Origin: Pocillopora damicornis
Taxonomy: Eukaryota
Direction of reading: 5' to 3'
Assembly (NCBI RefSeq): GCF_003704095.1
Contig: NW_020844150.1
Coordinates: forward strand, 62,001 to 126,000
DNA: 64,000 nucleotides
The notes under the pieces are model-generated. The model was not told the origin of the DNA and searched no databases. It saw nothing but the letters and a program-made list of their open reading frames with translations. Position numbers and translations under genes: made by a program. Within the stretch, counting starts at the first letter, position 1. Each line of letters begins with the position of its first letter. Below, in pieces: positions 24,701 through 37,600 of the stretch.

Positions 24701-27700
24701 GGATCACTTCTTCACTTCTTGGTTAGAAAATTTTGTCTTCTTTGAGCCATCCGAGTGTTTCATTCTCCACAAGTTAAAGAAATTTTATTCCTAAAGGTTT
24801 ACTTTTTTAGCACAATACAAATTTATTCGTGGATAGCAAAGCCAAAGTGGAAGAAAGTTGATTTAACTTCCAACATACTTGGACAGCTTCCTTCTTCAAT
24901 TGAATCTCCAGGACAAGCTTTTCCTCCCCCAGTGGGGTGGGGGTTTGTACACGATCTTGTTCTAACTTTCTTGTTTCCTCCACATAAACCTGAACCACAA
25001 CCACTCCACTGACTCCAGGGAGACCAGTTTCCATCCACTATAATAAAATTTATCCAAAATAATGAGAAAAAAAATCAGAGGTAAAATATGCTACAAGATC
25101 TAGGGAAATGCATGATAACTTCCATACGAATAATATTCACGATGTTGGCTTTTTCCGCCTGGAATGAAAATGAAACACGTCACTTACCATGTTTCTCGGG
25201 AGTGAGATACTTTTGAAGATCGTTTTTGTCTTTCCCTATCCAACAGTTACAGTTGAAAATAAATGACGGTCCATCAGTCCTATCTTCCACAGTGACAATG
25301 ACCTTAAATCAAAACCGAAGACTAAACAGTGTTGAATAAAAAAATGACCACCTTCAAACTATTTTGTCAACAATCTTTGAATATGATATATAATTTTTAG
25401 CCAGTATTGTAAGGTAAATAATCATGTAATTCAGCTTTATTAGGCTGCCATGTGATTTTTAATAAAGCTATCTATCTATCTATCTATTTATCTATCTGTG
25501 TTAATCCTCAACATCCTGCAGGAACCTTGTTGTCATTGGTGTTAATCTTATTGTTTCGTTGTTGTCCTTCTGATTAAGACAACGAAGCCTTTACTTTAGG
25601 TTTTGCATCACTTAAAAGGAACATTTCCTATGCCGTAGAAAACTTATCATGTCCAGGATTGAACGTAAATATTTTTTTGCGCACATTTTATTTAAAAGCT
25701 ATTCACCGAGGTGTTGCATTTGGTGGCTGGTGGTATATTTCTTTGGGCATTGCTAAGTACCGACACTGAAGTTAATTTGTTAATTAAGTTATAATAAATT
25801 AAATTTATAATAATTAAGTTATAATAAAACAGGGAGATATTAGAACTCAAAAATATGATTTTAACCTATTTGTTCCGGCAACGATGACAATATTTCCGGC
25901 TAAGTCTCTGCCATTGTTACAGAACTTACTTTCTCCAAGTACCAGTCTGTGGAGAAGATACCCTTCGTATCCTTTCTTATGCTGATTCTGACCGGTCTAC
26001 CAACGTCGGCCGAGTAGACATTAAACTGTCTGGTACTGAAGAGAGAAATTTGTTTGAAAAAGTACAGATTTACAAAGCTAGGGATCGAATTCAAGAGAGC
26101 AAGGACGTTAACAGTCGCTGTGCAACCGCTACTTAAATTATAAATTTGTTTTCACCCTAAGCGTTACCTTCCTCTGGAAAAATCCTCTCCAAGTAATTCT
26201 TCTCCATGAGCTCCTTTTTCCCCAATTAGTTTGAAAAACACACGAGATGGAGTTCCGGAAAATGATTCAGGTCCAGTCTTGACGTCCACGAAATACAACG
26301 TACCTGACAAGAAAGACAACATAAGTAAAGTCTGTACTTTAGCCAAGTGATGTACCCATCCAGAGCTTATCCTGTTTTCATTAACATGAAGCAAGTAGGA
26401 GTATCACTACCCCTTCCCCTCCCCCTTCCTGGTTGGAATGCTAGTCTACAGAAAAAATGGAGAAGCCTAAATTCACCTCAGAAAAGAACAGAGGAACAGC
26501 CCAACTCCCGCAAAACGGAACAATGGCACAGGGAGGGGAAGGTTGAGGAGGGTGGGTTAGTAGAGAGAGAGGAGTGTGAAAGGAAGGAGAGAAGGGGCTT
26601 CTTAGTGCGCATGTCTTTAAAATCTTGCGGAGAATAAATACTGCGATCGTTCTTACAAGTATACGGGCATTACTTACTGTCTGTTGGAAATTCACATTTT
26701 TCCATCAGGGCCTGGACCTCAGTGTGCATTAGGGCGGAAGTAAAGATTTGAAACTCGTCCATAGATCCATCCAAGAAACCTAGTGGATTTCCGCTGAACT
26801 TTGAAATTTCTACGGATGTACTCCAACCCACAAAGGATAGTTTCACAATATCTTTCGTCGTTGTTACAATCTTTTCACCATTTACAAACATCTTTACTTT
26901 TCCTAAGGCAGCATTGTAAACCGCAGTTATATGAGTCCACATTCCTAAGAAGTAAAATCGAAGCAAAGATTAAGAGTCAATCTGTGCTCGGGAAAAAGAA
27001 TCATTACAATAATCAGAGACCTCTAACTGTTACCAAATTGGACCGGTCATATTGATCACCTGGGGTCGGTGGACCTTTTTTTGTGTCACAATGAAATTTT
27101 ACTGATCCGCCCATACGGCTCTGTAATTATGTTATAATCTCCTCCTCTTTGGCAGTTCATCGGCAATCAATTCTCTATACTCCTCAATACTCTGTTGGCG
27201 ACGACTAATTCAATTCCACTTTGTTGCAAGTTTTGTTTACAAGAAAACAGTTGTGTTGGAAAATAATTGAGCGAAATAAAATTAAAACTTTCATAGAAAG
27301 TATGTAAAAAGGAACAAAACTAGGGAAAGGGAAAGATGAGACTTTTCTGACACAAAGCTTAATCAAGTTTGGTCAATTCTGACCGCCTAAAAGTACGGCA
27401 TATAGTCGTTACAAAGTTCGCGCATACGCAGACGTTTGACCGCTGTGTTTACAAATCTAGCTAGGCTCACTGACCTGAAGGTATAGCAGGCTCAGACATG
27501 ACATGAAACACAACCTTCCCATCAGGCTTCTTGTACAACCAGTTGACAACTGCATTTGGGGCCGCATTTGGTTTGATACTCAGGTAATGGGTTCCCCTGT
27601 CTCCAGTACAACCATAAATTGTATTTTCACGCTGGTTATCTACAACACGCACCCACAAGGAAATTGACATCGCATCCTTCTTCTCTTCGTTAAGTTTGTT

Positions 27701-29911
27701 TCCATCCAACTCGATGTGTCCTTGCCCTCCTTCAAATCGGATACTCATTTTGCACTTAGGGCTGTCCATAGTCTGCGCGTATTGACCCACGAGTTTACCG
27801 TTGTTAGCTTTTGGAGAATCGTCAATAACGAGCTTGTCTTTGATTTGATCGAACGTGAAATGAACTACAAGTCCACCGGAAGTCGACCCTGAACACAATT
27901 AATGTGACTGTTTATTACTGTAATTAGGACATGATTTTTTTTCCAGTATTGATATTAACAATTTTACGTGAAGCGAGAAAAGATCAAGTGAGGAGTGACC
28001 TCAGGAGACTCGCAAACCGCAAATACAAGGAAAAAAGTCCTCACCAAAACTAGTATTTTCTTAGTTATTGAAGTAGGGAAATTTAGTGAAATCTTCTTTA
28101 CATACTTTGTCTTGTTTTGAGAGCGGTTATCAGTTATTCTTTCAAATCCCGTTTATGATTAGCGAAAAATGTTTTTTTAAAAAATCAAAGCCACCATAAT
28201 CTTAATGTTACTAAAGAAATTAAGACATGGTCTCTTCATTCATTTGCAACTTTTAATGTTTTGATTCGCAGGAAATCCTGGTCTATTCGGAAGCCCTTCA
28301 GGATTCCTAAATCCTGACTGTATTTCGCGTATACATCCCGTATTTTTTAAATTAACTAGTAAGGGACTTTGGTGTATTTTCGAGGTGGTCAACAATTGTT
28401 TCATTGTACCTATTCGCAACATAAAACCTCTCCTCTTCCACCAATTTCTTCACTTTCAGTTTTGCCTGAGAACTGCCTGTTTTGCCTGACATATCGATCC
28501 AAGCTCCAGCGCACTAATATAATTACTGGGCCGATGCATCTAATTACCTATGTGTAATTATAAGGTGTTAAATTCCGTTTATCAGCCAATTTGTGCCAAT
28601 TTAAAATAATCACACGCTTATGCACATTATGTAGGAACAAGGCAGCTTAGCTTATCGATAAAGTACAATGGCTACGAAATATTACCTTTTTTTTTAGAGC
28701 CAAAAAGTCCTCTTACAACGCTGTGTACACCAGAATTCACATCATCTGTGTCATTTCCGAGCAGATCCGCGGTCCTGTTTTGAACTTCTGCAACTTCAAG
28801 TAAATCGTGCAGTTTAATAATTGAGTTATTAACTTATTTTAATTACTAGCGATTAAATTCAAATTTGTAAACAAAAAGAGGAACACATCGATTGACAGAC
28901 AGAGAGTCAGACAACAGATTAACAGACGGGCACACATAGTTAAACAAACAATCCAAACTAAAGTTAAAGACAGGGAAGCGAACAAGCAAAAGCGAACTAA
29001 CAACACAAGCTTGCAAAATTATATGAATTCTTAGTCAATCAATTACAAATGTCTATGGCTGAGTAAATGTAGAGAGTAAAGATTGCTTTACCTTCGGAAA
29101 TGTTCAAAACCTTGGGCAAAGAATTATGATCCTCAATGCTTGGCACGTGCTGCTGGTAATGCTGAGGGAATCTTGGTTGTGGTACGTTCCACTCTTGATG
29201 TATCCTGACTTCTGGATTGTTGAACATGTTCCCATAATACATCTGCTGTGGTGGGGGGCGTGGCTGTTCTGCTGGATCAAAAAGCTCATTCAAGTAGAAA
29301 GGCCTTGGACCTTGAGGGTCACCGTTATAGAGAGGTTGCGAATATACTAGAAAAAAAAAGAAATGAAAGTATAATTATGTCACGAGCAATTCGCAAACTA
29401 ATTTTTTAGATCAATCAAACAAACAGCATAAACTTATTTTACCAGAAATACTTATAATTGTACGAACACTACTTACCATGGGGAGGTATAAGAATATAAC
29501 ATTAGTAATATTACTTACAATTTTAACATTCTTTATGGTTGCAATGCCATTTGCCTTTCATTAGATAGATTTTTATTCCTGTTACGACCATCATTTTTAC
29601 CAACTTACTTATTTATTACTTACACATATATTACAATTTTTACGCAAATATTTTCTAGTTTCCAAGCACTCTGCTGAGCAGTATCTGCGTATTCCCCCTT
29701 GGTTTAGTGAGGTACAGTAAGAGTAAAAAAAAAATAAAATATCCATTGGTGCTTCGGTCTAAGGCATACGAGGGATGGGAGGGGGGGACTGTTTCCTGAG
29801 TCTTCGCCTTATTGCACTACTCATAAGGTATCCTATCTCTGAACACTTACCACTACGCCATAGAATTGCGAACAGTAATGTCAACCATAATAGTCTCCGG
29901 TTCATCATCAT
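8239..29911 (-). CDS. Large secreted mosaic protein (~31 exons, ~2,300 aa): SP-LamG-PLAT-5xTSP1-unassigned region-ricin B-F-type lectin
   Basis: Phase-consistent exons: 29851-29911 (MMMNRRLLWLTLLFAILWRS signal), 29092-29346, 28686-28787, 27475-27888, 26678-26944, 26168-26303, 25930-26035, 25188-25302, 24879-25037, 24325-24498, 23970-24149, 23707-23877, 22678-22860, 21446-21780, ~21047-21147 (donor uncertain), 20681-20896, 18415-19163, 17569-17874, 16794-17029, 15813-16086, 14919-15053, 14046-14177, 12877-13306, 12078-12371, 11065-11454, 10545-10684, 10116-10275, 9712-9843, 9333-9578, 8672-8890, 8239-8336 (stop). No TM segment was seen. Confidence 0.8.
8672..9578 (-). CDS. F-type lectin (FTP / fucolectin-like) domain exons
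   Basis: DIALGKPALQSS...LAVDGN...SCSIT...DPWWKVDL...NFEVRVG...NPMCG...GQYVSV...YLAICEVAVF. Confidence 0.88.
9712..10684 (-). CDS. Ricin B-type (beta-trefoil) lectin domain exons
   Basis: Three subdomains: KDCLS...VTLGSCDGDVSQW, KSGLCAA...QACDVTSEEQKF, DSGLCVT...LLKCDDKTVKDEQAW (QxW/QxF repeats). Confidence 0.8.
10860..10965. repeat. (TCAG)n microsatellite, degenerate
   Basis: gtcagtcagtcagtc repeats. Confidence 0.7.
13517..13654. repeat. Palindromic interspersed repeat; related copies at ~19870-20570 and ~42015-42100
   Basis: The arm ctgagttgaaaacgt...ggccaccgta...gacgtttcgagcgtt pairs with aacgctcggagcgtc...tacggtggcc...acgttttcaactcag. Confidence 0.7.
20028..20503. repeat. Interspersed repeat with a terminal ~105-bp hairpin (20396-20501), nested in a palindromic repeat
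   Basis: ggtaattgaa...gtgcaattttggtctgaaatcata / tatgatttcagcccaaattgcac...ttcaattacc. The host repeat resumes at 20505 (aactcggttgataa). Confidence 0.55.
21864..22277. repeat. Tandem pair of ~200-bp G-rich repeat units
   Basis: Two copies of (G)n-ctcgaaagat..gggtggatc...gggatcagggggggaatcagtcttcgctagcagagtagaaagggggaccatggaaaat. Confidence 0.8.
22678..25037 (-). CDS. Five thrombospondin type-1 repeat exons
   Basis: Five phase-1 exons with W-x-x-W-x-x-W-S/G-x-C...R-x-R-x-C-x-NP motifs. Confidence 0.93.
25188..26303 (-). CDS. PLAT/LH2 domain exons
   Basis: YFVDVKTG...SGTPSRVFFKLIGEKG...F.RG...DVG...IRKD..G...DWYLEKVIV...FIFNCNCWI. Confidence 0.88.
26678..27888 (-). CDS. LamG / concanavalin A-like domain exons of the minus-strand gene
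   Basis: GLVVHFTFD...MSISLWVR...GMWTHITAVYN...VKMFVNGE...GSMDEFQIFTSAL is the Laminin_G_3/pentraxin-like signature. Confidence 0.9.
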
Positions 29912-30945
29912 CCTTTGTCTCAAGAGACGGTACGTGTACGTTAACCTTCTAGTTTCTAGAAAGGGAAAGGAAAAAAATATATTCATGAACTGTGGACACT
30001 CCTTTCCACAAATACCACGTTTAAAATCCAGAAATAGATATCATGAAGTTATGGTGAACTTTTGAGAGACAAAAAAAAAAATTAAATTTGCCTCGGAGCG
30101 TTGTGACATTTGGTGCAAATCGATTCAAACCCTTCCTGAACTCCTTCCCATTCTTCCCTCTTCCACTCCATTACCCATGATCGGCACCGTTATATTAATA
30201 AATGTGCGAAATCTCCTCTTTCGCGCTATTGATTCCTGCCAACAAGAAAAGAAATCACAACGAAACAAAAGGCAGACGAGCCAGTCCAAACCTTACGCAG
30301 GGATTTATGATTAGTGGAACAAATACAGACCTCTGCATATTTGTAAGTTAGATTTAACCAGAGAAAAAACATTGAAAAAAAAAAATCACATAACGTTTCA
30401 AACCTTTCCGGATTAGCAACAACGAAGGTGTCACGTTTTTCACTTAGAGCCAAACATACTTTGTTAAAAGTGAAGTGTGCTTTTTACATTTTACTGCTCT
30501 GTTAACAGGTTAATCCGCTTTTTTTTAACAGGTCGATGGCAAAGGCCGTTAAGAAACGGGTATCCTATTTTTCCCTAGACAAAGGGTAAGAATAATACCT
30601 AGTTTTATCTTTTTAGCGGTAAAAGAGTGAATTTTTATTGTCTCAATAGCATGTTAGCAACTAATAACCTTAAAGTTCACAGTTTGCCTCGAGCTTCGTT
30701 CTGGAAAAAATGTTCGTCTCTCGGAAAATGTCCACGATCTAATATCCGTGCATATTTTCGCGCCAAAAGGAGGCTACTGTGATAATTATCCTTCAAATAT
30801 TTAGCAAAACACGGGAAAAAATATTCGTAAGCCCCTTACTATTTGCTGCGTGGGATTTTTACTTTTCAATGTTCTCTGCAACAACTTTACGAACTAACAA
30901 TCGAGTCCTTTTTTCTGTAACAACAGCAAAACGCTGTTGCATGTG

Positions 30946-31203
30946 TTAACCCTTTAAATCGTAAGAGTGACTAGCATCTTATTTCTCCTGACAATATCAC
31001 CCCTGTATGAAACATTAAGGTCACAATAAGGGAAATGATCGCCAACCAAAGAAATTCTAGATTGTTAAAAAAATTCTTCTTGTCAGCACCCTGAGAAATG
31101 TATAGAGAGCAGTATGGAGAACATGAATAAAAATAATAATTGTAATATAATAATATAAATAATAATAATAATAATGTATAGAGAACAGTATGGAGAACAT
31201 GCA
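30946..31203. mobile_element. Partial MITE copy (438-649 related family)
   Basis: ttaaccctttaa...gagtgac...atttctcc..acaatatcac. A similar copy lies at ~15395-15585. Confidence 0.6.
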
Positions 31204-34200
31204 TAAAAATAATAATTGCAAAATTTTTTTTCTCATCTAGACTTCATCATTTCACTTAGATAGAATGTTACCTTAGCAACATCGAAGCCTCCTAAAATCA
31301 CCTTCAACCATTTGTTTTTCATATTACAGAGGGAAACGAACCGACTATTGCGATGACTTCGTTTCATGATGACTAGTGTTTGAAAACGACGAAACTGTTT
31401 TGGCCCACTTGGTACTCTCCATATACTAACCTAAGTTTTCATTGTCTCGATTATCCAATGCTATGAGCGCGCGGAGGTCAGCTTTTTGAAAAGGCTGCCA
31501 TTCCTGACGTTGCTTGTTCCTTGTTGGATTAAGAGGTAACTCGAGCCATAGAAACGTATTTAATTCTGATCCTGCCTAAGATACTATTCGCTGGAATTAA
31601 GCCAGACAGATATCAGGAGACATTTTGATGGTCTTACTTTCAATTTTTCAAGTTTTGTTTCCAAAGCTATCAGAGAGCTAAACACTCGCAACCCAGTGAC
31701 AAAGAAACTGGATTTTCTTTTAAGCTAGGTAGAAATGGCTTATATACTACATAGAAACTTCAAGGTGTATAAGAACCACAACTTCAAGGAGATCTTTCAA
31801 GTGTTGACGCAGATTAAATAAAATTAAATTTTGAGTTCATTTTCCAGTTTGGACGAAATAGAGAATTCAGAGAAAAATTTCGACCAAAACCATCGAGCTT
31901 AACACTATTTACATCCTATCAGACATTGTCAAACAAAATTTGATTGCTGTTTGTAAATATTTGCCTAGTGAAATACTTATTTTAATTGGATTACAATCGC
32001 GCGTAATGACTAAACCAACACATGGATAAGATCAGATCTATCATTCATTCGAATTAATTTATCATCAAACTCACCTTTCAGAGGTTTGGAATCTCGCTTT
32101 GATTATTTTAGATGTCTTCCACCAACATTTGAGTTTATTAAGAAGAATTTGAAAAAGGTTTTTACAGCTATGATATAGCCACGTTGAATTATTGATCGCT
32201 CCTTTGTCTAGCAGGTTTTGTAATTGTCTTAAATCATTATTGCGAAAAGGCTCTCGCATTTGAACATTTAAAACAACAGCTACTTGCAAAAAGATAAGGA
32301 CAAATGCAAACATCATTTAAAAACGAAAATAAAATGGTGAAAGATGTGTTAAATCTTTCTTTCCTCACACCTGAGTTTTCGTGACGGTGTAAAAATATGA
32401 CAAAGAATCTTTTGGTCTTTGATAGAAACCTTAGGATGCCTCGGGTAGCACTCTGTGTTATGTGTGAAAACCTGTTATCCTAATCATTGACTGAGACCTC
32501 TGAGTCGTGAGAAGACTGGCGTAAAAACTCCGCGAGAAGTTACGAAATTCTTTTGAAATTGTCATTCAAGTTTAGTGCAGAACATTTTAGATTCGCTGGG
32601 AAACCTTCTTTACATTGCAAAAAATCAAACTCTTCGTTATCACCAAACTGGTGCCTAATTAACTCTAATCTTCTTTCCCCTGGCATTCTGGTGTGATTGG
32701 GACAACAGGAAGTTGTAAAAGCGGAAATATTTCGACCTTTTAGTTCTGGCGCATCACCCTCACCGGGAAAGGAGGGATGTTTCTCCCCCCTTCCTCCAGT
32801 CTGGATATTTTTTTTTTTTTGTGCACACTTAGCACACTTCTGTTTTCCGTGAAGTGCGAGTAGAATTTCACTATGTTTTATTCTGTTAAATAGGGTCTGC
32901 TACCGCTTTGATATTATTTCTCATCATTGCAGGTGCTTACATTTATTCATCCATATATTGCTTCATTCACTGAATATTTCTTTATCTTTTATTAAATCTA
33001 TTACCTTTATACACACTAACTGGAGGAGTGTGGCCGGGAAGACCCACCTCCTTCACCACCACATTGTTGTTAGAAATAAATAGGTACCTCCTACTCACGT
33101 TTATAAAATGACTAAGATTCTACGAGCGTTCGGATTGGTCACAAAACTTTCGTTTATTGCACCGATTAACCCATAGAACATTGAAGTTTATCTTATGAAA
33201 CATTTTACCGCAATTTCTATCGGTTTAGAGGGGGGAATGTTTCTCTCCCCATTCCCCTTCCCCGGGGGAAGACGCGAGAAAGGTGTTCTCCCAATATCTA
33301 ACGTAGGGTAACGCCGGTAAACCGCTAGAAAGTGCGATATATTCCTTGAGTAAAAGTACCCCAGTTACACTTCAACTTCATCACACAAGGGCAGGATTAA
33401 AAAATGTTAATAAATATCTTCCTTTTTTTAATTTTATTTTGACTTGTATAGCTTTCATGCATGCTGTGAGGTAATTGGATTAACTGCAAATTTAAAGTTT
33501 GCCTGTTATGCTTACGCTGAAGAAATTAGGATCAAATGGAAATTTTTCGTCTAACAGCTTATCATGTTGATCTTGCCTTCCAACTTTGAATTTTATTTCA
33601 AGTGCAGTTTGCAAAAGTGTTTGCATCTATGTGGGTAAATGGTTTGGTCTTGCTGTGCATATCATTTTCATCAGGACAAATTCAATATGCAATGACCAAC
33701 ATTCGTCGATTTTTTTTTTTTATATAATTACTTCTCAAGAAAACCGAATACAGCCAACCGTAAGAAGAGGTTTGGATTGCTTTCATAATTTTTGGAAACA
33801 CGCTGATTTTCTCTATTGGAAGATATCGATCTTTTTTCTCACATTTCACAAACAACTTAACAGTTTCTATGAATATTAACGCGTCTTGCTTAAAAATTCA
33901 GAAACTTCCACAACAGTCTACAATAAATTATGCGGTAGCCTGTTAAACGAACCTGAAAATAACCTCCCATTCTTCAATGACTCTCCGATGTAATTATGTT
34001 GAATTACTGAATTTTACGACAGCTTTCGTGCTTTATGACATAAAACTATGCTTACTTATGCAAGCAAACTTCATGCGTGGGGTAATCAAGAATTATTTTA
34101 TATAACAGACACCAAGAGGTTTTGTAAATATGTGGGGGAACAATGCCATTACGCAAGCAACCAGGGAATTGCGAAATATAAGTCAGAAACAGGTTTTTTG

Positions 34201-34631
34201 CATTTCTGTTAATATAACTTGTTTTCAATTCTGTTAATATATTTTAGGCTTGATAAAAGCAAAAACTATTCGAAATAAACGTCAAATTAACTTGATATAT
34301 ATCGTTGTAAAATGCTTAGGTCCACACAACCTTTAAATATTGCAATGGTTTTCAAGTCACTCTCTCTACTTCTATCTGAAATTGCTCTTTGACCTTTCTT
34401 TCTACTTATTTATTCAGTACTAAGCTAATATAAACACTACACTATCACCTTGATAGGCTAAAAAGTAGGTCAACAAATTGGTTTGCTATAGATTCAAACT
34501 GCTTCATCTTAAAACCAGCCAAATGCAGAGGTCATGGAGAAGCCAATCCAAGTGAGATATTCTATGAAAAAAAATGCTTTCGGATTCCAGTAACTTCAGA
34601 AGTTGATATTGTTTATCTCTTGCCTTAGCAG

Positions 34632-37600
34632 ATGCTGATGACACTACTTTGGAGTTTACTCGGATTTGCATGGATGCTCTCGCCATTCATGTGTGTCAAA
34701 GGTATTTCTACTGGACCAAAATTTATTTTTTATTCCAAAATATTTGGATAAGATCATAGACATCTGGACTGAAACTAAATTCATCAGGATATAGCCGTAA
34801 TTAAAGCCGAGAAATCTTAGTTTAAGTATGGGATATAAATCAAATTCTCTGATCTACAAGAAAACGAGGGAAGTTAGGGAAGACGAATGAAAGAGAGAGC
34901 AGGTGAAAGTCGATGTTAGACGAATTGTGATCAAGAGAAAACTGAAATTTTCAGATGTTCAAGATATTATTCTTTTAAAAGCTTTCATCAGTTATGGTAG
35001 CTAAATCTCACTTTCTATAGAAATATGAAAACGCAACACGCACTTGAAGAGCTATTTATATACATCACCTGCAATGCATCTGCACTGAAAGTAGCTACGC
35101 TGAAAAAGCGCTAAAAGTCTACGTTAAAATTGCTAGTTCTTCAAATTTTATTCCACTCGGCTATGCAGAAGACTCAGAAACGAATCCTTTCGATGAAAAC
35201 AAAGAACAGAAAAAAACAAACTTTTCAACGGAACTCTTGCGTTTAAAATTCAAAGCTTTCCAATCGTGCGTAAGCCGAGTCCATACATACTGATGTATGA
35301 ATGCATGATATCACGTATCAAAATGGCACTTAAATTGTTAGAAGTGATTCCATGTGATTTCAAAGGATGTATAGGTCATTTAAAACAATGAACGATCAGA
35401 ATTGCATACCATATGGATCGCAGATAAGGTATATACCGAGAAGATAACTCCGTCGTTGTTTTTTAAAGAGGTGGGGCGTTTAATTGAGTGGTAGGTTCCA
35501 GCTGAGCTCTTTAATCTTTACAAAGTCCACCGGTCTAAAATTTTGCTGATGAAAATCAGCACCAAATTGACTAAACGGAACTTTGTTAATTTGTTTGCTT
35601 ACTGATAATTTTTTACCTAGATGGAAACATATTCATCGATCTCATTTGATCTGTTAGAAATTGGGATCAGTTCAGAAAATAAGTCGGCTCGATTTGAACC
35701 TTTAAGAATTCAGTTACGAAATGTCCTTTGGAGCAAATTTCGTGAAACTCATGATTGGCAATTTCTCTTAAATTGGATTGATGCGAGAATCGGGCCCATA
35801 TGGAAAGTAGGTGGAATGGATAAATTTGCTTGTAAGATCTTCACTTCCTCTTTCTTTTTCAGGGAATCCTTGCGAAGGAACTTACAAGTTTTTGAATGAA
35901 AGTGATCGTTCAAGGCAAATAAATTCAAATAAGTGTGATGCCACTGACTTAGACGGAAAGTGGGGCTGGTTCCGAGTTTCTGGAGAAGCAGGGAATGCCC
36001 TGGCGTCCAGTCTCCCTCCGTCGGGTACTTGTAATGCAGGCCCTCGAGCTTACCTTGTAGATGATCATCCGTCATACGCTGTCGGCGAACTTACTCTTAC
36101 GCTCTGTGTGGCTACAGGAAATAACGATTGCTCTTCTACAAAGAGCCTCGCTGTAATGAACTGCGGCGAATTCTATTTATACGATCTGTTTATGATAAGG
36201 GGCTGCAGCAGCAGAGGATGGCGTTACTGTACAAATGGTATTGGTAAGTTTTGCTGCCCTGTGTACTGGGTGAGATATAATTTAGTTTAGCTAACAAGCT
36301 TTAGTAACGGATTTAAATTTGGTGGTATTTGTGTATTCCTTTCTCATTTTCAATTCTTCCTCTTCGGCTTTGCTGTTTTGCTCACGTTTTTGACTAAGTC
36401 CTCCAGAAAGTTCTTGCTTATGTCATCCCTCTTCCTACGTATGGTTCAAGTTTCACAACGTTTCACGAAGTGTTATTGCTATACACACCACAAAGCTACA
36501 GCTAACTAATACCTTTCTACGGGTTTTAAAGCTTACATTGTGCATTTGAACATGCTGGAATTGCTCCATCTTTAAGGATTCCTGCACCTTACAATGTGTG
36601 GAGTGAAAGGACGCTTGATAAAACGCCTTTTCTTTCTGTTTTGTTTTTGGTTTGTTTTTTCTTTGAGACTTGGAGAATTATTTGTACCGCTGCTTGAACG
36701 ACCTTGTTTCAATCATAAACGGCAAACATAATAACCAATTAATCATAATTTTCTCGCGATTTAAATTGGACTCAATTCATGAACTTTCTTGTAGCCATTT
36801 CTGGTCGACAGGTATTTGCCCTAATGTGAAGCGAAAAGGATTTGTGTCGCTAGGCTCTTAAGATATATCTCTCAGGGAAAAAATGAGCATTTCGCCATAG
36901 GTTTGGGACTTACCTAGTTATGTATCGCTCCCATTGAAATATAGTCCAAATTACGTTAATAAATCACGATAATTGGCACGTTGTTGTATGTCTTTCAGAG
37001 ATGTTTGCAAGAAATTTTCGAGCTTAGGAAATCACATACAGTCACAGCTTAAAAAAGGAAAAAGGAAAAACAAAATCATCTTCTTTTTCAGCGGACGATA
37101 AATGCCCTTGGGATAAATGTCCGAATGGGAAACTGTGCGTTTTGAAGGATAATGGAAAGCAATCTGAATGTGTGGATGGTAAAAGCTATGACTACTTCGA
37201 CTCCAATTAAGTCTATGATGTTAGATATATGTGTTATTAATTGAGCGTGAGGGTACTATGGCTACATTTTTGGTACGAAAGGGGAGATACTGTCAATAAT
37301 TAAAAAATGGTCTTGATCCAACCAGACGTGGTGCACTGATTGGGTAACGATAGAGACCTCTTTCAAATTGAAAGCAACATTTGGGTTTGTCATGTTTATG
37401 ACAGATAGTTCTAAATTTTTGTTAGGTAGTTACATCACAAGTATTTGCTTAAAACTCTCTTATGAGACGTCAAAAATCTAACTTAATATAGAGTAATGTT
37501 GTATGGAATGTTCAAGTTTGTGGATTGTTTCAGCTAGGTATTACATTCACTACACTTGATCTAACCATTATAATGACTAAAAAATGTTTTATTACAGCCC

